From Octopus sinensis (taxonomy: Eukaryota): DNA of 64,000 nt. The stretch is taken from NCBI RefSeq assembly GCF_006345805.1, contig NC_043013.1:17546001-17610000 (forward strand), read 5' to 3'. Shown here piece by piece: positions 49,972 through 63,029 of this stretch. The notes beneath the pieces were generated by a model. That model ran no database searches and was not told where the DNA came from. It saw only the letters and a program-made list of their open reading frames with translations. A program made the translations under genes and the position numbers. The stretch's first letter is position 1. Each line of letters opens with the position of its first letter.

Positions 49972-52900
49972 GAGGCTAGCTGGGATTAATATCTGTTAAG
50001 TTGAACGTTAAGGGAGGGTGTACGTTGTTCGGCCACTAAAATCAATAATTCTCCCGACTTTGCTCCTTAACAAACATGGCCTCTCGTCCTTACAATAAAC
50101 TGGTTTTCTTATGGAGATTTTTTAAAGATCGTTTACACCAATTCAGTAAGCAATTTTCAACTGACTTTCCTCGCATCGACATAGATCAGTACGGATTTCT
50201 GCTGACCAGGAACTGAGGCATTGGGAAAGATTTTTTTTTTTTTTTTTACCTTTGACAAAAAAAAGAGAAATCCATTATTAATTTTTATAACTTCTTCCTT
50301 AGCACCTTAAATGGTCGATTGCTTATTTTGCTCAAAAAGTTTAATTTTTAAAATGTCTACAAAATATAAAAAGAGTCAGTATAGATATGTAAAAACTATT
50401 TCAGAGCTGTAATGCTGACCAGCGAACTTTATATGAATTTAGTTATCTCTTTTGAAGACTACCTTTCAGAGTTTCTATAGAAATGTTAAAATGGTGATCT
50501 TGTAATTTCATTGTCAGAATTTGAAGAAATAAATAAAAATTATGTCAGCAAAGAAAAGGGCAACCTCATGAATATATTTATTTCAATTAAATAAATGAAA
50601 ATTCAAAATCAATTTTTTTTTTTAAAGTTTGGAAATATGCAGCGATGAAGATTTTAATAAGCTAGATCAAGGCCTTGTCCATTCAAGGTGTTCAGATTCA
50701 TTAGAGCAACATTTTGTATCAATCACAATTATTTTTTAAGTTCAGTAATAATTCTATAAAAAGAAGAGAAGGTAGTCAAGGTGTTAACATCAGGCCAACA
50801 TTTAAAATAAATACAATATTTAATAATTTTTAAGTTCACTAATATTACTATAAAGACAATAAAACAAGCGAAGTGAGGAGAAGTCAAGGTGTTTAGGTTC
50901 ATTAGGCCAACATTTATATTAATCAAACCCAAATATAATTTTTTTCTTTTAAGTTCAGTATTATACCACGAAGACAAGTTTATAAATACTAAGTGATGCC
51001 TTTTCCATTGAAGGTATTCGCCAATAAGGTATTAAATCAACCTTTATATCAATTAATTGCAACATTAATTAATATAAAACAATTCCTAACTTTGCATTGT
51101 CAACAGGAATTGTGTTCGCGAAATGAGAAATCGGTAAATAATTTGACTACGAATTAATAATGTTGAGTTGACCTTAGAGGGAATTTATGGACTGGCCAAA
51201 AGCAGGGACTTTCGGCATCATCTCCAAACAAGGTTCCTGAGTTTCCCCCAGTTTTTGTGTTTTTTCTTTTAATGAAATTTCATGAAGCAACATGTTTGCC
51301 ATTGACAACATGATGGAACAGCCGAACGATCATGTCACAGTCACTTTATATACAGACATCATTTACCAAAGACACAATTATTTCCCCCCCCCCCCATGAA
51401 GAAACCAAACGAAGACACAAAATAGGGAGTTAAATTACAACGAAGAAGTTAAAATAAAATAAAGATGACAAGAAATTTTTGCATTACTTACCTATTGCTA
51501 TGCATCTTTTTTATGAGGGAGGAAGGGAGGGCTGTTCTAATCACTGTCGTTGCTAGCGGCACTGACGTCCAAGTTGCTCTTCTTACATTTGTCTTACCTC
51601 CCGCCTGCATGGCAGCAGAAATATTTTGGTTATGAAAGAGAAAAAATGACTTCTCAGAAAAATCTACGACGCTTTTTTAAAATTTAAATTAAACATTTTT
51701 TTTTTTTTCATTTGAATATGGAAAACAAAACAAGCAAAGAGATAAAAAGCAAAGGACAAGCACACTGATGTATAATTTCACGAATAAAAATATTTTCCCA
51801 TAGTTAATTGAAGAAATTTAAAAAAAAAAGTTCAAGTACATGGCATCTTTGGAAAGAAACGTATAAAGAATATCTTTGCCAGAGATTCTATCGCATTTCA
51901 ATGTGTTTCACGTTTGGAATAAGAGTAGTAAATCATAAGAAAATTCAAATAACAATAAAACGAGTAAAAAATATTCTTACAAACCTATATTTAATCTTCT
52001 TCCAATGACATCATGTCTCAACAAAGCTTACATGTATCTAAACATATAAATTGGTGTCTATATATTATTAATACAATACATACACATAGTATATATAAAT
52101 ATATATATTTATATATATATTATGTATGTTATATATGTGTGTGTGTGCATATAAAAATTGGCAGATAATTTGTAAAAGAAGTCTTTTTCAATGACTTTCG
52201 GGGGAAATAAATCTATTTCTTTGACAGGTTTAATATCAAACCATCTTAGTTTAAAGAATTTGCATGGAAGTTTTAAAAACCAGGGAGAGAGAGAGAGAAG
52301 GAAAAAGGATGGGAAAGAAGAGTGAAAATCGGTAGACCCAACTCGGAAAACAAGAGTTAGAATTGTGGACGAAGTGGAAGAAAGTGAGCAAAGAATGTTG
52401 TTGGCAGTCGAGCCGCTGAGGAGAAAGTGTGGTGGGAGCTCGTAAAAGTGAAATTAAAGCAACAACGATCAACTTAAATGTTTCTTTAAGTCACACAAGG
52501 TTGGAATTGTCATGTGACTGCTTATAGGGAAATGTCCGTCGACTGCTTCTTCTTGTCACCCACTGTGTCTAATATATATCTATATATATTATATGTCGGC
52601 AATGTTTATGGATCTCTCTCTTTCTCTCTCTCTCTCAACCAGGATCTTTCTAGCTTTCTTTTCTTATTCTGTTGTAAAAAAAAAAAAAAAAGAAACAATA
52701 ATTATAACTGAGCAGCTGGTTTGCTGAGTAGTCACTTTTTTCTTCTTTCTCTCTCTCTCCTTCGGGTTAATGGCTCTAGTCGCTCCCCTTTGGCGGCCAC
52801 ATTGCGAAGTTAGGATTTGTATGTGCGTGCATGGCCAAATATATATGTATGTGTGTGTGTGTGTGTAGGGTATTTTTACATATAGCTTTTGCTATATAAG

Positions 52901-53267
52901 TCCTATATATATATTGATGGATTTCGTAACCCGTAATTATATATATACATATATATATGTATATACACGCATTATATATATATAATGCATACGCGCACAC
53001 ACACGTATATAACATATAAACATACACACAAAAACACCCTGTCGGACTCGTAAACATATACACTTATATACAGACTTTATTTCTCCACTCCCCCCCCCAC
53101 ACACACATGCAGAGGTTTGAATTCAAAACCACATAAGCTCACATTCACATATCAGGACATACTCACACTGGTACATACACACACACACATACCTATGTAC
53201 CAGAGAAATCCAACCTGATTTCTTATATTTCTGACTCAATAACATACACTTACATACGGACGTGTAC

Positions 53268-53298
<31 letters not shown>

Positions 53299-53642
53299 TA
53301 CATCATCATCATCGTTTAACGTCCACTTTCCATGCTAGCATGGGTTGGACGATTTTGACTGAGGGCTGACAAACCAGATGGCCGCACCAGGCTTCAATCT
53401 TGATCTGGCAGAGTTTCTACAGCTGGATGCCCTTCCTAACGCCAATCACTCTGAGAGTGTAGTGGGTGCTTTTTACGTGCCACCGACATGAGGGCTAGTC
53501 AGGCGGTACTGACAATGACCTCGCTCGAATATTTTTACACATGCCACCGGCATGGAAACCAGTAAGGTGACGTTGGTAACGATCACGCTCGAATGGTGCC
53601 CTTTTACATGCTACCGGCACGGAAACCAGTTGGCTGCTCTGG

Positions 53643-53763
53643 CATACATACATACATACATACAAACATACATACATACATACATACATACATACATACA
53701 TACATACATACATACAAACATACATACATACATACATACATACATACATACATACATACAAAC
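53643..53763 (+). repeat. (TACA)n microsatellite, representative of dozens of (TA)n/(TG)n/(CT)n/(GGT)n tracts
   Basis: Directly visible tandem tetranucleotide. Comparable tracts include 3835-4005, 6440-6486, 14480-14810, 22900-23230 and 56215-56270. Confidence 0.95.
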
Positions 53764-53999
53764 AAATACCTTAATATTCACAGTTGCATTTACTTTGAAT
53801 TAGTGTGTCAAACAAAATATCTGGTACATCTAACATTAGTTGTTTGTTTATATTGTGAGTTCAAATCCTGCTGAGGTCAACATTGCCCTTTTGTCTTTCC
53901 TGAGTCAGTTATGTTCATGTGATGCATCTTGGCTATAAATAGAATTATGTCAGAAGAGACTAACTCATACACACACATTCTCTGATGAATGGGTATATA

Positions 54000-55226
54000 C
54001 AAGGGTGGGCTGAAAAGTTCATAGGCTGACTATGAAAGAGTAATGTTAGAGCTGTGAAATCTTGCATGCATTCATTTCAGCTCACCTTGTTAATTACCAG
54101 CATTGTTTCTTTCCGGGTACACTGACTGTTCAAAGAAAACTTCAAAAGTATTTAGTAGCGTCATCTGTTAAAAATGGACAAAATTTGGCATCATGGTATC
54201 ATTAAGTACCTCCAGAAAAAGAGTTTAGCCTCCAAGGACATTTATGCTGACATGGTTACTACATTAGGCAATGACACTCCAGCTTTATCATCAGTGCAAA
54301 AGTGAGCAGCTGAAATGAGAAGAGGAAGGGAGTATCTTGAGGATCACCCAACAGCATCCAGCAACTGCCACCACCAATGAAAACATTGATCATCTTCACC
54401 ACATGGTGATAGATGACAGGCGATTAACTATAAACCAAATAACTAATGCTGTTAGCATATCCCATGAAAGAGTTGAGAATATTTTGCACAATGAACTTGG
54501 CATGAGGAAGGTTTCTGCTTGGTGGGTGCCATGTCTTCTGACATCTGATCAAAAGTGCAACATGGAAAAATCTGACATTGTTTGAAGTAGATCCAGCTGG
54601 TTTCCTTGAACATTTCGTAAGCTAGGATGAGTGTTGGGTTCATATCTATGAGTCAGAGAAAATCCATGCAGTGGAAACACCTTTCCTCACCTCATCCAAG
54701 GAAGTTGTTTCATCTGCAGGAAAGGTGATGGCATTAGTATTTTTGGATGCAAAAGGCATTGTTTTTATTGACTATCTTCAAAAGAGCCACACCATCAATG
54801 GAGAGTACTATGTAAACTTGCTGAGATAATTATGAAAGGCTCTCATGTCCAAATGTTCAGGAAAACTGATGAAAGGAATCTTGTTTCATTAGGACAATGT
54901 TTCAGCACACGAGTCCTTTGATTTCAATGGCTGCTGTGCATGACCGGGGCTTCAAATTTGTTGATCACTCTTCCTATTCTCCTGATTTGGTCCCATCTAT
55001 TCACCAACATGAAAAAACACCTGGTTTTGAAACAGTATTGTAGTGATGATGACATCATATCTACTATTTGTGATTTTTGGGGCCAACAGAATGAAAGCTT
55101 TTTCACTAATGGGATCCAAGCACTGCAGCACCATTGGAAGAAGTCTATGGACCACAAAGGGTTCTATGCTGAAAAATAAACCTCGTTTGGTCACATTTCA
55201 CAAGACTATCCTGGTCAGCCTATGAA
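54000..55226 (+). mobile_element. Degenerate mariner (Himar/irritans-like), right TIR truncated
   Basis: TA|caagggtgggctgaaaagttcataggctgac left TIR and partial right TIR gtcagcctatgaa. ATG at 54174 (MDKIWHHGIIKYL), WVPCLLTSDQK, HLPYSPDL; many stops and frameshifts. Confidence 0.9.
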
Positions 55227-56212
55227 ATCAAACCCAACTGCATGGTTTAGGGTTTGATCTCACTGCATAGCAACGTGGATGGGTGCTTTGTGCTATAGCC
55301 CTCAGCTAAACAAAGCCTTGAGAGTGTATTTGATAGATGGAAACTAAAAGAAGCTTGTTGTAGATATTTAAATGTGTGTTTATATATATATATGTATGTG
55401 TGAGTAAGTGCAGGTTTGTGTCCTCATGCTGATACCATGTGATTATTATAAATGAATGTCCGGATATTTCTAATATTGGTTTCAAATTTTGGCACAAGCC
55501 CAGCAATTTGGGGTGGGGTGTAAATCGATTACATCAACCCCAGTGCTCAACTAGTACATATTTTATTGAATCCGAAAGGAGGAAAAGTATAGTCAACCTC
55601 CATGGAATTTTAATTCATTTCTAATGTTCAGCAGAAACATGTTTGACCATGGGAAAATATTACCTTGACTGGGAAAGGGTTTGCAACAGGAATGGTATCT
55701 GGCCATAGAAAGATCTGCCTCAATAAAACTGTGTCAGATCCATGGAAAAGTGAATAGTAAAATGGTATGATATATGTCAGTGTGTGTGTGTGAATGTATG
55801 TGTTCTTTTATTCTTTTATTTGCTTCAATCCCTGCCGTAAGGCTTCATTTCCACACGCGCCAGCCTAATTTAATTCGTCCTTAGTCGAAAGACACCTGTT
55901 GTTATGTCCTGTTATTTGCATTTGTATTTGTGTAACATTGTCCATTTTTTTTTCCATCCTTGTTTTCGTATATATTCGCTGCTTTCTTCCAATGAATCTG
56001 CTCTTAGCTTAGTTTTTCTTTGGGACTGGCCAGATTGGAGCAATCTCAAGTATAATCAGCCGAAATTACGAAGATAATCTGGTACTCGACTGAGGAAAGA
56101 AAACTTTGAATGACCCATCCTTGTTTTCTTTGTATTGTCTATCTGGATGTTTTGTTGTCCCATTTTTGTATCATCTAACTGTTAGGATGTTTTTCGTTCT
56201 TGTCCCATTTTG

Positions 56213-56272
<60 letters not shown>

Positions 56273-56982
56273 TAACTCTTTAAATCCATGCAATATTCAC
56301 TCCCTGTGTTTATAACCCATGTGTTCCCATACTTTGCCATGATTTCCTCAGCGATCTATCCCTCAATCTCTTTAAAATTTGTAAAAATTCTCACCTTGTA
56401 TAACTTGTGTCTTTCTCCTTCTTATGATTTCCTCCAGCAATAAAGTCTTTCAACTCTCTCTCTCTCTCTCTCTCCACCTCACTAGTGTCTTCTTACTGCT
56501 ATTTCTGTTTCCTGAGGCAAAGCTGGCCGTTGCTTATCCACAATGCACCCACCTATTCCTGCCCCACCACCTAAACCAGAAATCACTTCTCTTATACCAG
56601 AAACCCTACAGGGCTCTGCCTCGCTTCTGTACCAGAAGACTTGCATACCTCCATCCCCACCACCACCAATCATCCACACTACTGCATGCACCAAAAGGAA
56701 ATGTGTTACATAGTAAATTAACGAATCACCTACTGCTTTCTATATATAATGGACTAAATAATAGCAGTTCATTTACTTAGTTAATTTAAATACTGACCTA
56801 TTTATATTTGCAGCAGTAATGCTTATATTTACAATGCTCATAAAACTTATATTTACAATGCTTACATTACACTCATCCCCCAATAGGGGCAACAATTTTA
56901 ACATGTTTGAATGATGGTAGGTTAAAGCAAAAACAATTGATCTGACATGTTTGTTATCAAATGATTGTTGAAACTGCCTTTT

Positions 56983-58045
56983 CAGGTGCTGAATACCATC
57001 TCTCCTTCCCATGTCCCTTTCCTAGTTTTCAGAGTTGGCACTGTCAATGTAGGCACATCGAAAGGTAGGTCTAGCGAGATTGTTGTGATGCTTGAATGGA
57101 GGCATGTTGATGTGTGTTGCATCCAAGATGTAAGGTGGAGAGGAGCTTCAGCCAGGTTCCTCACAGGCAAAACACATGGGTATAAAATCTTCTGGGAAGG
57201 TAACATCAACAGGGGCAGTGGTGTGGGCATACTTCTTGCAGAGAAATGAGTGGATAAGGTCATAGAGGTAGTCAGAGTGTGCAATAGAGTACTTAACTTT
57301 TGCAGAATAGCATAGTGACAATTATCTCTGCTTATGCCCCACAAGCAGGCCTACCAAATGAATAAAAAGACCACTCAAAGACGAGTGACAATGATCTCAT
57401 CTTCATGGCTGGGGATTTCAATGGGTATGTTGGATGGCAGCCCAGTATCTTCCATGGTATACATGGGGACCATAGAATTGGTTCCCGAAACAAAGAAGGG
57501 ACAAGGCTACTGGAGTTCTGTGATGCAAATAACCTACTGATCTGCAACACCAACTTCAGGAAGCCACCCAGCCACCTGATAGCCTACCAACCAGGTGACT
57601 GTGCTAGCCAGATTGATTACATTCTCACCAGACAGCGAGATGCATGGTCACTCTTAAATAGAAAGAGCCTCCCTGGTGAAGAATGTACACCCCAACCCCA
57701 CCACAGCATAGACTAGTCACTAGTGACTTTAGAAGGGTGCTAAGAAGCAAACCAATTTGAAAAAGACGGATTTGGAAGCTTAAAGACCCTTCATATGGTC
57801 AGAGATTTAGGGACATCCTAATTGAGAAGTTTAATGAGAGGGATGAGGAGCTACAGACTTGTGACATAGGGGGCAACTGGGAAGTCCTGCAGGACAGTTT
57901 GCTGAGTGCCACAGACCAAATCTGCAGCTGGTGCAAAGTCCCATCCAGACGTAGGGTGACATGGTGGTGGAATGATGCCGTAGACAGGAGCATTAGAACA
58001 AAGAAACAGGCCTGGAAGAGTGGGGGTAGCAGGGAACTATATCAG
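56983..58045 (+). mobile_element. RTE-clade LINE endonuclease fragment
   Basis: FRVGTVNVGT, CCIQDVRWRG, GVGILL, AGDFNGYVG, RNKEGTRLLEFCDANNLLICNTNFRK, SQIDYIL and VTWWWND across frameshifts. Confidence 0.9.
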
Positions 58046-59405
58046 ATTGCTACTGATCTCACACCTTGCACACACTTTCTTTTCTATTCTTCTTTCCTTA
58101 TCCACTCTTGAATATCCCAACTTATCTCTCTATCTACTGGTATTTATCACCATATGCACTCCCATCTGTGTTCATCACTCACTACATTAACCTCTACCTC
58201 CATCTGCTTACTCCACATCCACTTTCTCATCTTCTCCCATGTCTCCTCTTATGCTCTCCCTCTTGTGCCTTGAGAGTTTGTTCTAGCATCCAATCACTAC
58301 CTTCTTCTTATCTCCTTCCACCATATATCTCCTCTATAGCAACACACCTCTGTCTCTCTATCAGCCTTTTAACACTTGGCATACAGCCACCTACCATTAC
58401 ATTCCCATCCCAAATACTCCTCTTAATACAGGATTCTTTTTCTGTTTCCTTTTTCTCTGTTCTTTTCTGTCTGTCTTGCATATTGCATAGTTAAACCACT
58501 AGAGCTGGTAGCACAAAAGAAAAAAAAAGCACCCAATACAGCCTGAAAAGTGTTTGGTATTAGGAAGGGCATTCAGCTGTAGAAACGATGCCAAATATGA
58601 CATTGGAGTTCAACACATCCCTGCAGCTTGCTGGCTCCCTGTCAAACCGTCCTGCCTATGCTGCATGGAAAACAGATGTTAAATGATAATGATGAGATGT
58701 TGATCTTCACAGAGATAACAAAGGACCAAGGTGATGGGCGATTTGCTGTGCATGAGAAGATTCATCCAGCATAGGAAAATGGAAGGAAGTGGTGTCATAA
58801 TTATAGCAGCTGAGTTGATAGTTCTGCAGATGGAAAGGGGAGAAAAAAAAGGGTTGTGAAGGGTGGTTTGTCAGGAAGGAATTGGGTGCATAGACATGGG
58901 TTATAGGGATAGGAGAGAAGGGAGGTTCGTCCAAGTCAGATTGGGTGATCATCATCATCATCATCATTTTAATGTCCACTTTTTTATGCTTGTGTAGGTT
59001 AGACTGAATTCCTTGAGGCAGATTTTCTAGAATCTGATGCCTTTCCTGTCATCAACTTCCACTTGTTTCCAAGTAAGATAGCTGGATATGTAATCAAGGA
59101 AGACTAGAAATGAACGACATCGCTTGCATTATTGTGATGCTCACTTCAAACTAACTAGCACACTATGTCATGACAAAGAGACACAAACACACCCACCCAC
59201 ATGTATGTATGTAGGTGTGTGTGTATGTATGTATGTGTGTATGTATGTATGTGTGTGTGTATGTATGTATGTATGTAATACATACAGCCCATGCTCTGAA
59301 ACTTGTTAAAGAATAATTTGTGTGTGTGTGTGTGTGTGCATGCGTGTGTTCGCGTTCGTAATTTCATCCCTAATTGTATGGGCATGGAGAGTGTGGTGTT
59401 TGGGT

Positions 59406-59575
59406 ATCGACCCCAGTGCGTAACTGGTACTTAATTTATCGACCCCGAAAGGATGAAAGGCAAAGTCGACCTCGGCGGAATTTGAACTCGTCTGCGTTAC
59501 GTTGTGAGTAGTCGACTTTGCCTTTCATCCTTTCGGGGTCGATAAATTAAGTACCAGTTAGGCACTGGGGTCGAT
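59406..59575. repeat. 65-bp near-perfect inverted repeat of the SINE C core
   Basis: 59406-59470 vs 59511-59575, 64/65 complementary (mismatch 59420/59561), 40-nt loop. Confidence 0.95.
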
Positions 59576-62500
59576 GTAATCGACTTAATACCTATGTCTG
59601 TCCTTGTTTGTCCCCTCTGTGTTTAGCCCCTTGTGGGTAGTAAAGAAATAGGTATTAAATGTGTTGTTGCATGGTCAAGAAACGGGAGTATTGAATGCAG
59701 AACGTGTGAGAAGGTTGGAAAAGAGAGGTGAGCTTATTTCACTGGATAACATGCCTAGATTAATTATTAAACTGTAGAAGCACCTGCTTAAAGCACCAAG
59801 GGATGTATGTTTAAGGATACACATATCTGTGGAATGCTTAGTCATTTACACGTTAATTCAATGAATGTGATTATTCAGTTGATCAAATAACTGAATCCTC
59901 ACGCCAAACTACAGAGATTTCCCCCACCCAGCATATGTTAAATTTATATCAACTAAAAATTACTTGAAGGACGGAGTGTATTCATCCAATTGTTGTTTAA
60001 TTCTATTCTTGTATCTATTTGTCGATATTTGTCCTTCTCTTGATCTTAGCTTTCTTTATCCATCTTTCTATCCCACCATATTGGCTGCTTGGCAGGACAG
60101 CCAAAGGAACTGTTCATTGAAAACTTCTTCCTTCCTTCCGTTCTTTTTTTTTTCTTTTTTCTTGTTTCTTTCGGTTTTTCCTTCTCTCTTTCTTCCAATG
60201 ATGGCGCTTCTTTGCTATCTCTCGTCCTACAAGAAACAGGCAGCCAAATCTTTAAATCACACTACAAACTTAAATTATAAAGAACCACAACAGAACGTGT
60301 TGAATAAGAGAGACTCTATTCTCCGTTGTAATTTTCAAAGATTTTTTTCAGTTTCCTGTTTTCAATTGAAAGAAAAGAACAAAAACAAAAACAAAACTTT
60401 TAACATTTTTCCTCATCCTATATTTATTATTACCTTTTTTTCAATTTTATTTTTGTTTGTTTCTGAATTAAAAACATAAAAACAGATTATGGAGGTTACG
60501 ATTCAGAATTCCTTTTTTTTTCTTCCCCCCTCCCCAAATATTAATGCCGATTGCATATGGTTATTTTCCACTTTCAGTTTATGATCATAAACCGAAAGAA
60601 TGCCCTATATACACTATGAATGAATTAATAAAAACAAACAGGACAGTCACGCCAAGAACATCTTTGATCAATGTCTGGTGGATCGTGGCTCACCTAGGGC
60701 TATACAGCATCAACTTGACCTGCAAGAAATGGCAGCCACATCCTCCACGACTGTTTTAAAGGAATCAGAAAGCATACTGGGTATTTATAATCCTAATAGA
60801 CGAGGTAGTCACGGCTAGAATGAGTTTGGTCAAAGGCCTGCTGAATCAGATTTTGATCTGAGACGATATAAACATCAACATTAAACAAGCAATAATCCCT
60901 ATAATGATTTCTGATGTAGGTATAAAGACCAGCATTTTAAAAAAATTATATATCTACCCTGGTACTTGGTTGTTTTGTATTTTATCTACCCCAAAGGCAT
61001 AAAAGGCAAAGTTAATTTCGATGGGATTTGCACTCAGAACACCAAGTGCCGGAACAAATACCGCAAGGCATTTTTTTCTTCGATACTCTAAAGATTCTGC
61101 CAATTCGCAGCAAAATCTTCCTCAACTCACAACTATGTAGTATTTAAATAAACGAAAACTATATTAGACAACGCAATATAATGTAATCTTATGTAATTAA
61201 TTCCTTGATATTATACAAAACGACAGGATAGTCATGGCTGGAACGCATTCGATCATATGTGTTGCTGGGTTAGAGCTGATCGTGCGAAACACTAGCTATC
61301 CACTCTTCCCACAAGGAATCGTTTGCGTAGTTTCTCGTTCTGCTAGAAATAACAGTTAATTTACCTCAAATTATGTCATAGCGTCTTAGAAATGTAATCT
61401 TAGTGACATAGACAGGATGGCGATTGCCGGAATACTTTTGATCGTAGATCTGTTGTATAAAGGCTAAACACCAAAATCAAATACCTTTAAAAATTATTCC
61501 GCTCAAAAGAGGTCAGTTGGGGGTCACAGTTAGCCGAATCCCCCAAACAGAATTTGAATTTTCTGTTGAAGTCAACAGCTTTCGAGAAATATACGAACAT
61601 TTTATAATGCCATTCTACTCAAAAAATTGTATATCGGCGACAGTGTATGTGTGTCGGTTGGCGATCCTTCGGGTTCGGGGATGATTTTCCACTAGATTTA
61701 ATTTCTATGGACTCGCATGTGACTATATAGGCCAATAAGCCCCTACCTCACTCCTGCATGCGTATGTGTATAACTCACACACACGCATAGATAGATATCA
61801 AATCACATAGTCGGACGGTTGAGCGAGTGACTTCATGTAAAGCAGATGTAATTAAAATCTTGTTTTTTTTTTGCTTTTTGTCCCGGACAGTCCTGTGATC
61901 AAATATATTCCAGCTGTAATCACCCGGCCGTCCTTTTGTACAGCAGAAAGTAGTGTCCAATATACCTTTTCCTGTTCTTTTAAAGACGGTAATGATTTAA
62001 GGGAGGTTTTGGCTGCTAATTCTAGTAGGTTGGTCAGCGAGTAATTGAATCACATATTGTCCCATTACTTTACATGACGGTCATTAATGCGCATTTCAAA
62101 TTTGTTACCTGTATTGTTTTTTTTTCAATTAACTTATTATTATAACTACGAAGTACTTAACAAACTGCTATAATTAACACATGTTCCTTCTGTTATGGCC
62201 TACAAAACCTCTACAAGCTACCAGCTTGCACTTTACAATATAGGTTATTAAATAAAAAGTAAATTAACATCATGTTCCATTACTATTATTGATTATTATT
62301 ATTTTCCCCCTTCATCATAGAAGTAGAATTACCAAACATCTAAACGATCTGACAAATATCCATGTTCTTTATGGGTTAAAAAATAAATTTAACGTCGAAA
62401 TTCGTAATGATTCACCCACAAGAATTTTTTTTTAATAAATAAATTCTTTACTAAGTTTTGTTGTGACCGGTTTAGGGTTTGAAATGTACAATTAAAAGGT

Positions 62501-62669
62501 TACATTCAAATTGGTCTTCTAATAGCTAAAAAAACCCCAGATTTTTCGTTTGAAAAACCATTAGATTGAAACGGTAAATAACAGAACGAAAAGCCATGCA
62601 AATTTTATTTGTGATATGAAATATGTGAGAACGAAGGATTAGCTTTGTCTCAAAAGTGCCATTTACACT

Positions 62670-62865
62670 CTTCTCTCTCCTCCTTCTCTCATATACACAA
62701 CACACTCTCTCTCTTATCTCCTCTCACATACACAATACTCTCTGTCTCTCTCTTTTTCTCTCACATACACAACACTCTCTCTCTCTCTTCTCCTTCTCTC
62801 ACATACACAATACTCTCTCTCTCTTCTCCTTCTCTCACATACACAACACTCTCTCTCTCTTATTC
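62670..62865 (+). repeat. Minisatellite, ~5 units of ~36-38 bp, upstream of the cyclin T promoter
   Basis: The ctctcacatacacaa motif recurs at ~62693, 62728, 62765, 62803 and 62839. Confidence 0.85.
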
Positions 62866-62927
62866 TGTATACTCTCTCTTTCCAACCTCGCTCTCGGTTC
62901 TCTCTCGAACAGTTGACAAGGTCCATT

Positions 62928-63000
62928 GTGACGTCATAGCGCTGTTTCGTGACGTCATAGGCCGTGTCAAGGAAGTCCGGTGCGGTTTGCGCATGCGGGC
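62928..63000 (+). promoter_or_regulatory. Cyclin T proximal promoter: two CRE sites, ETS site, NRF1-like site
   Basis: TGACGTCA at 62929-62936 and 62950-62957; AGGAAGT at 62970-62976; TGCGCATGCG at 62988-62997. All lie in a CpG-rich patch within ~100 bp of the ATG. Confidence 0.7.
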
Positions 63001-63029
63001 TTCCTCTGCTCTTCTTCAGCATCTTTCCG

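Noticed and set aside
50170-50200. PRIDIDQYGF resemblance to the D.YGF motif of TBC-domain proteins
   Set aside because: The match is short and there is no downstream TBC-like exon.
53495-53874. ORF-track entries such as MYVCMYVC.../HTYIHTYI... here and many YIYIYI, VCVC, SLSL and VVVV ORFs elsewhere
   Set aside because: They are translations of microsatellites and SINE bodies, with no splice or homology support.
55830-56215. Second ribozyme-bearing repeat (CTGAGGA at ~56089, GCCGAAA at ~56058)
   Set aside because: The core motifs are in the wrong order for the pairing I could build; left as an unclassified repeat.
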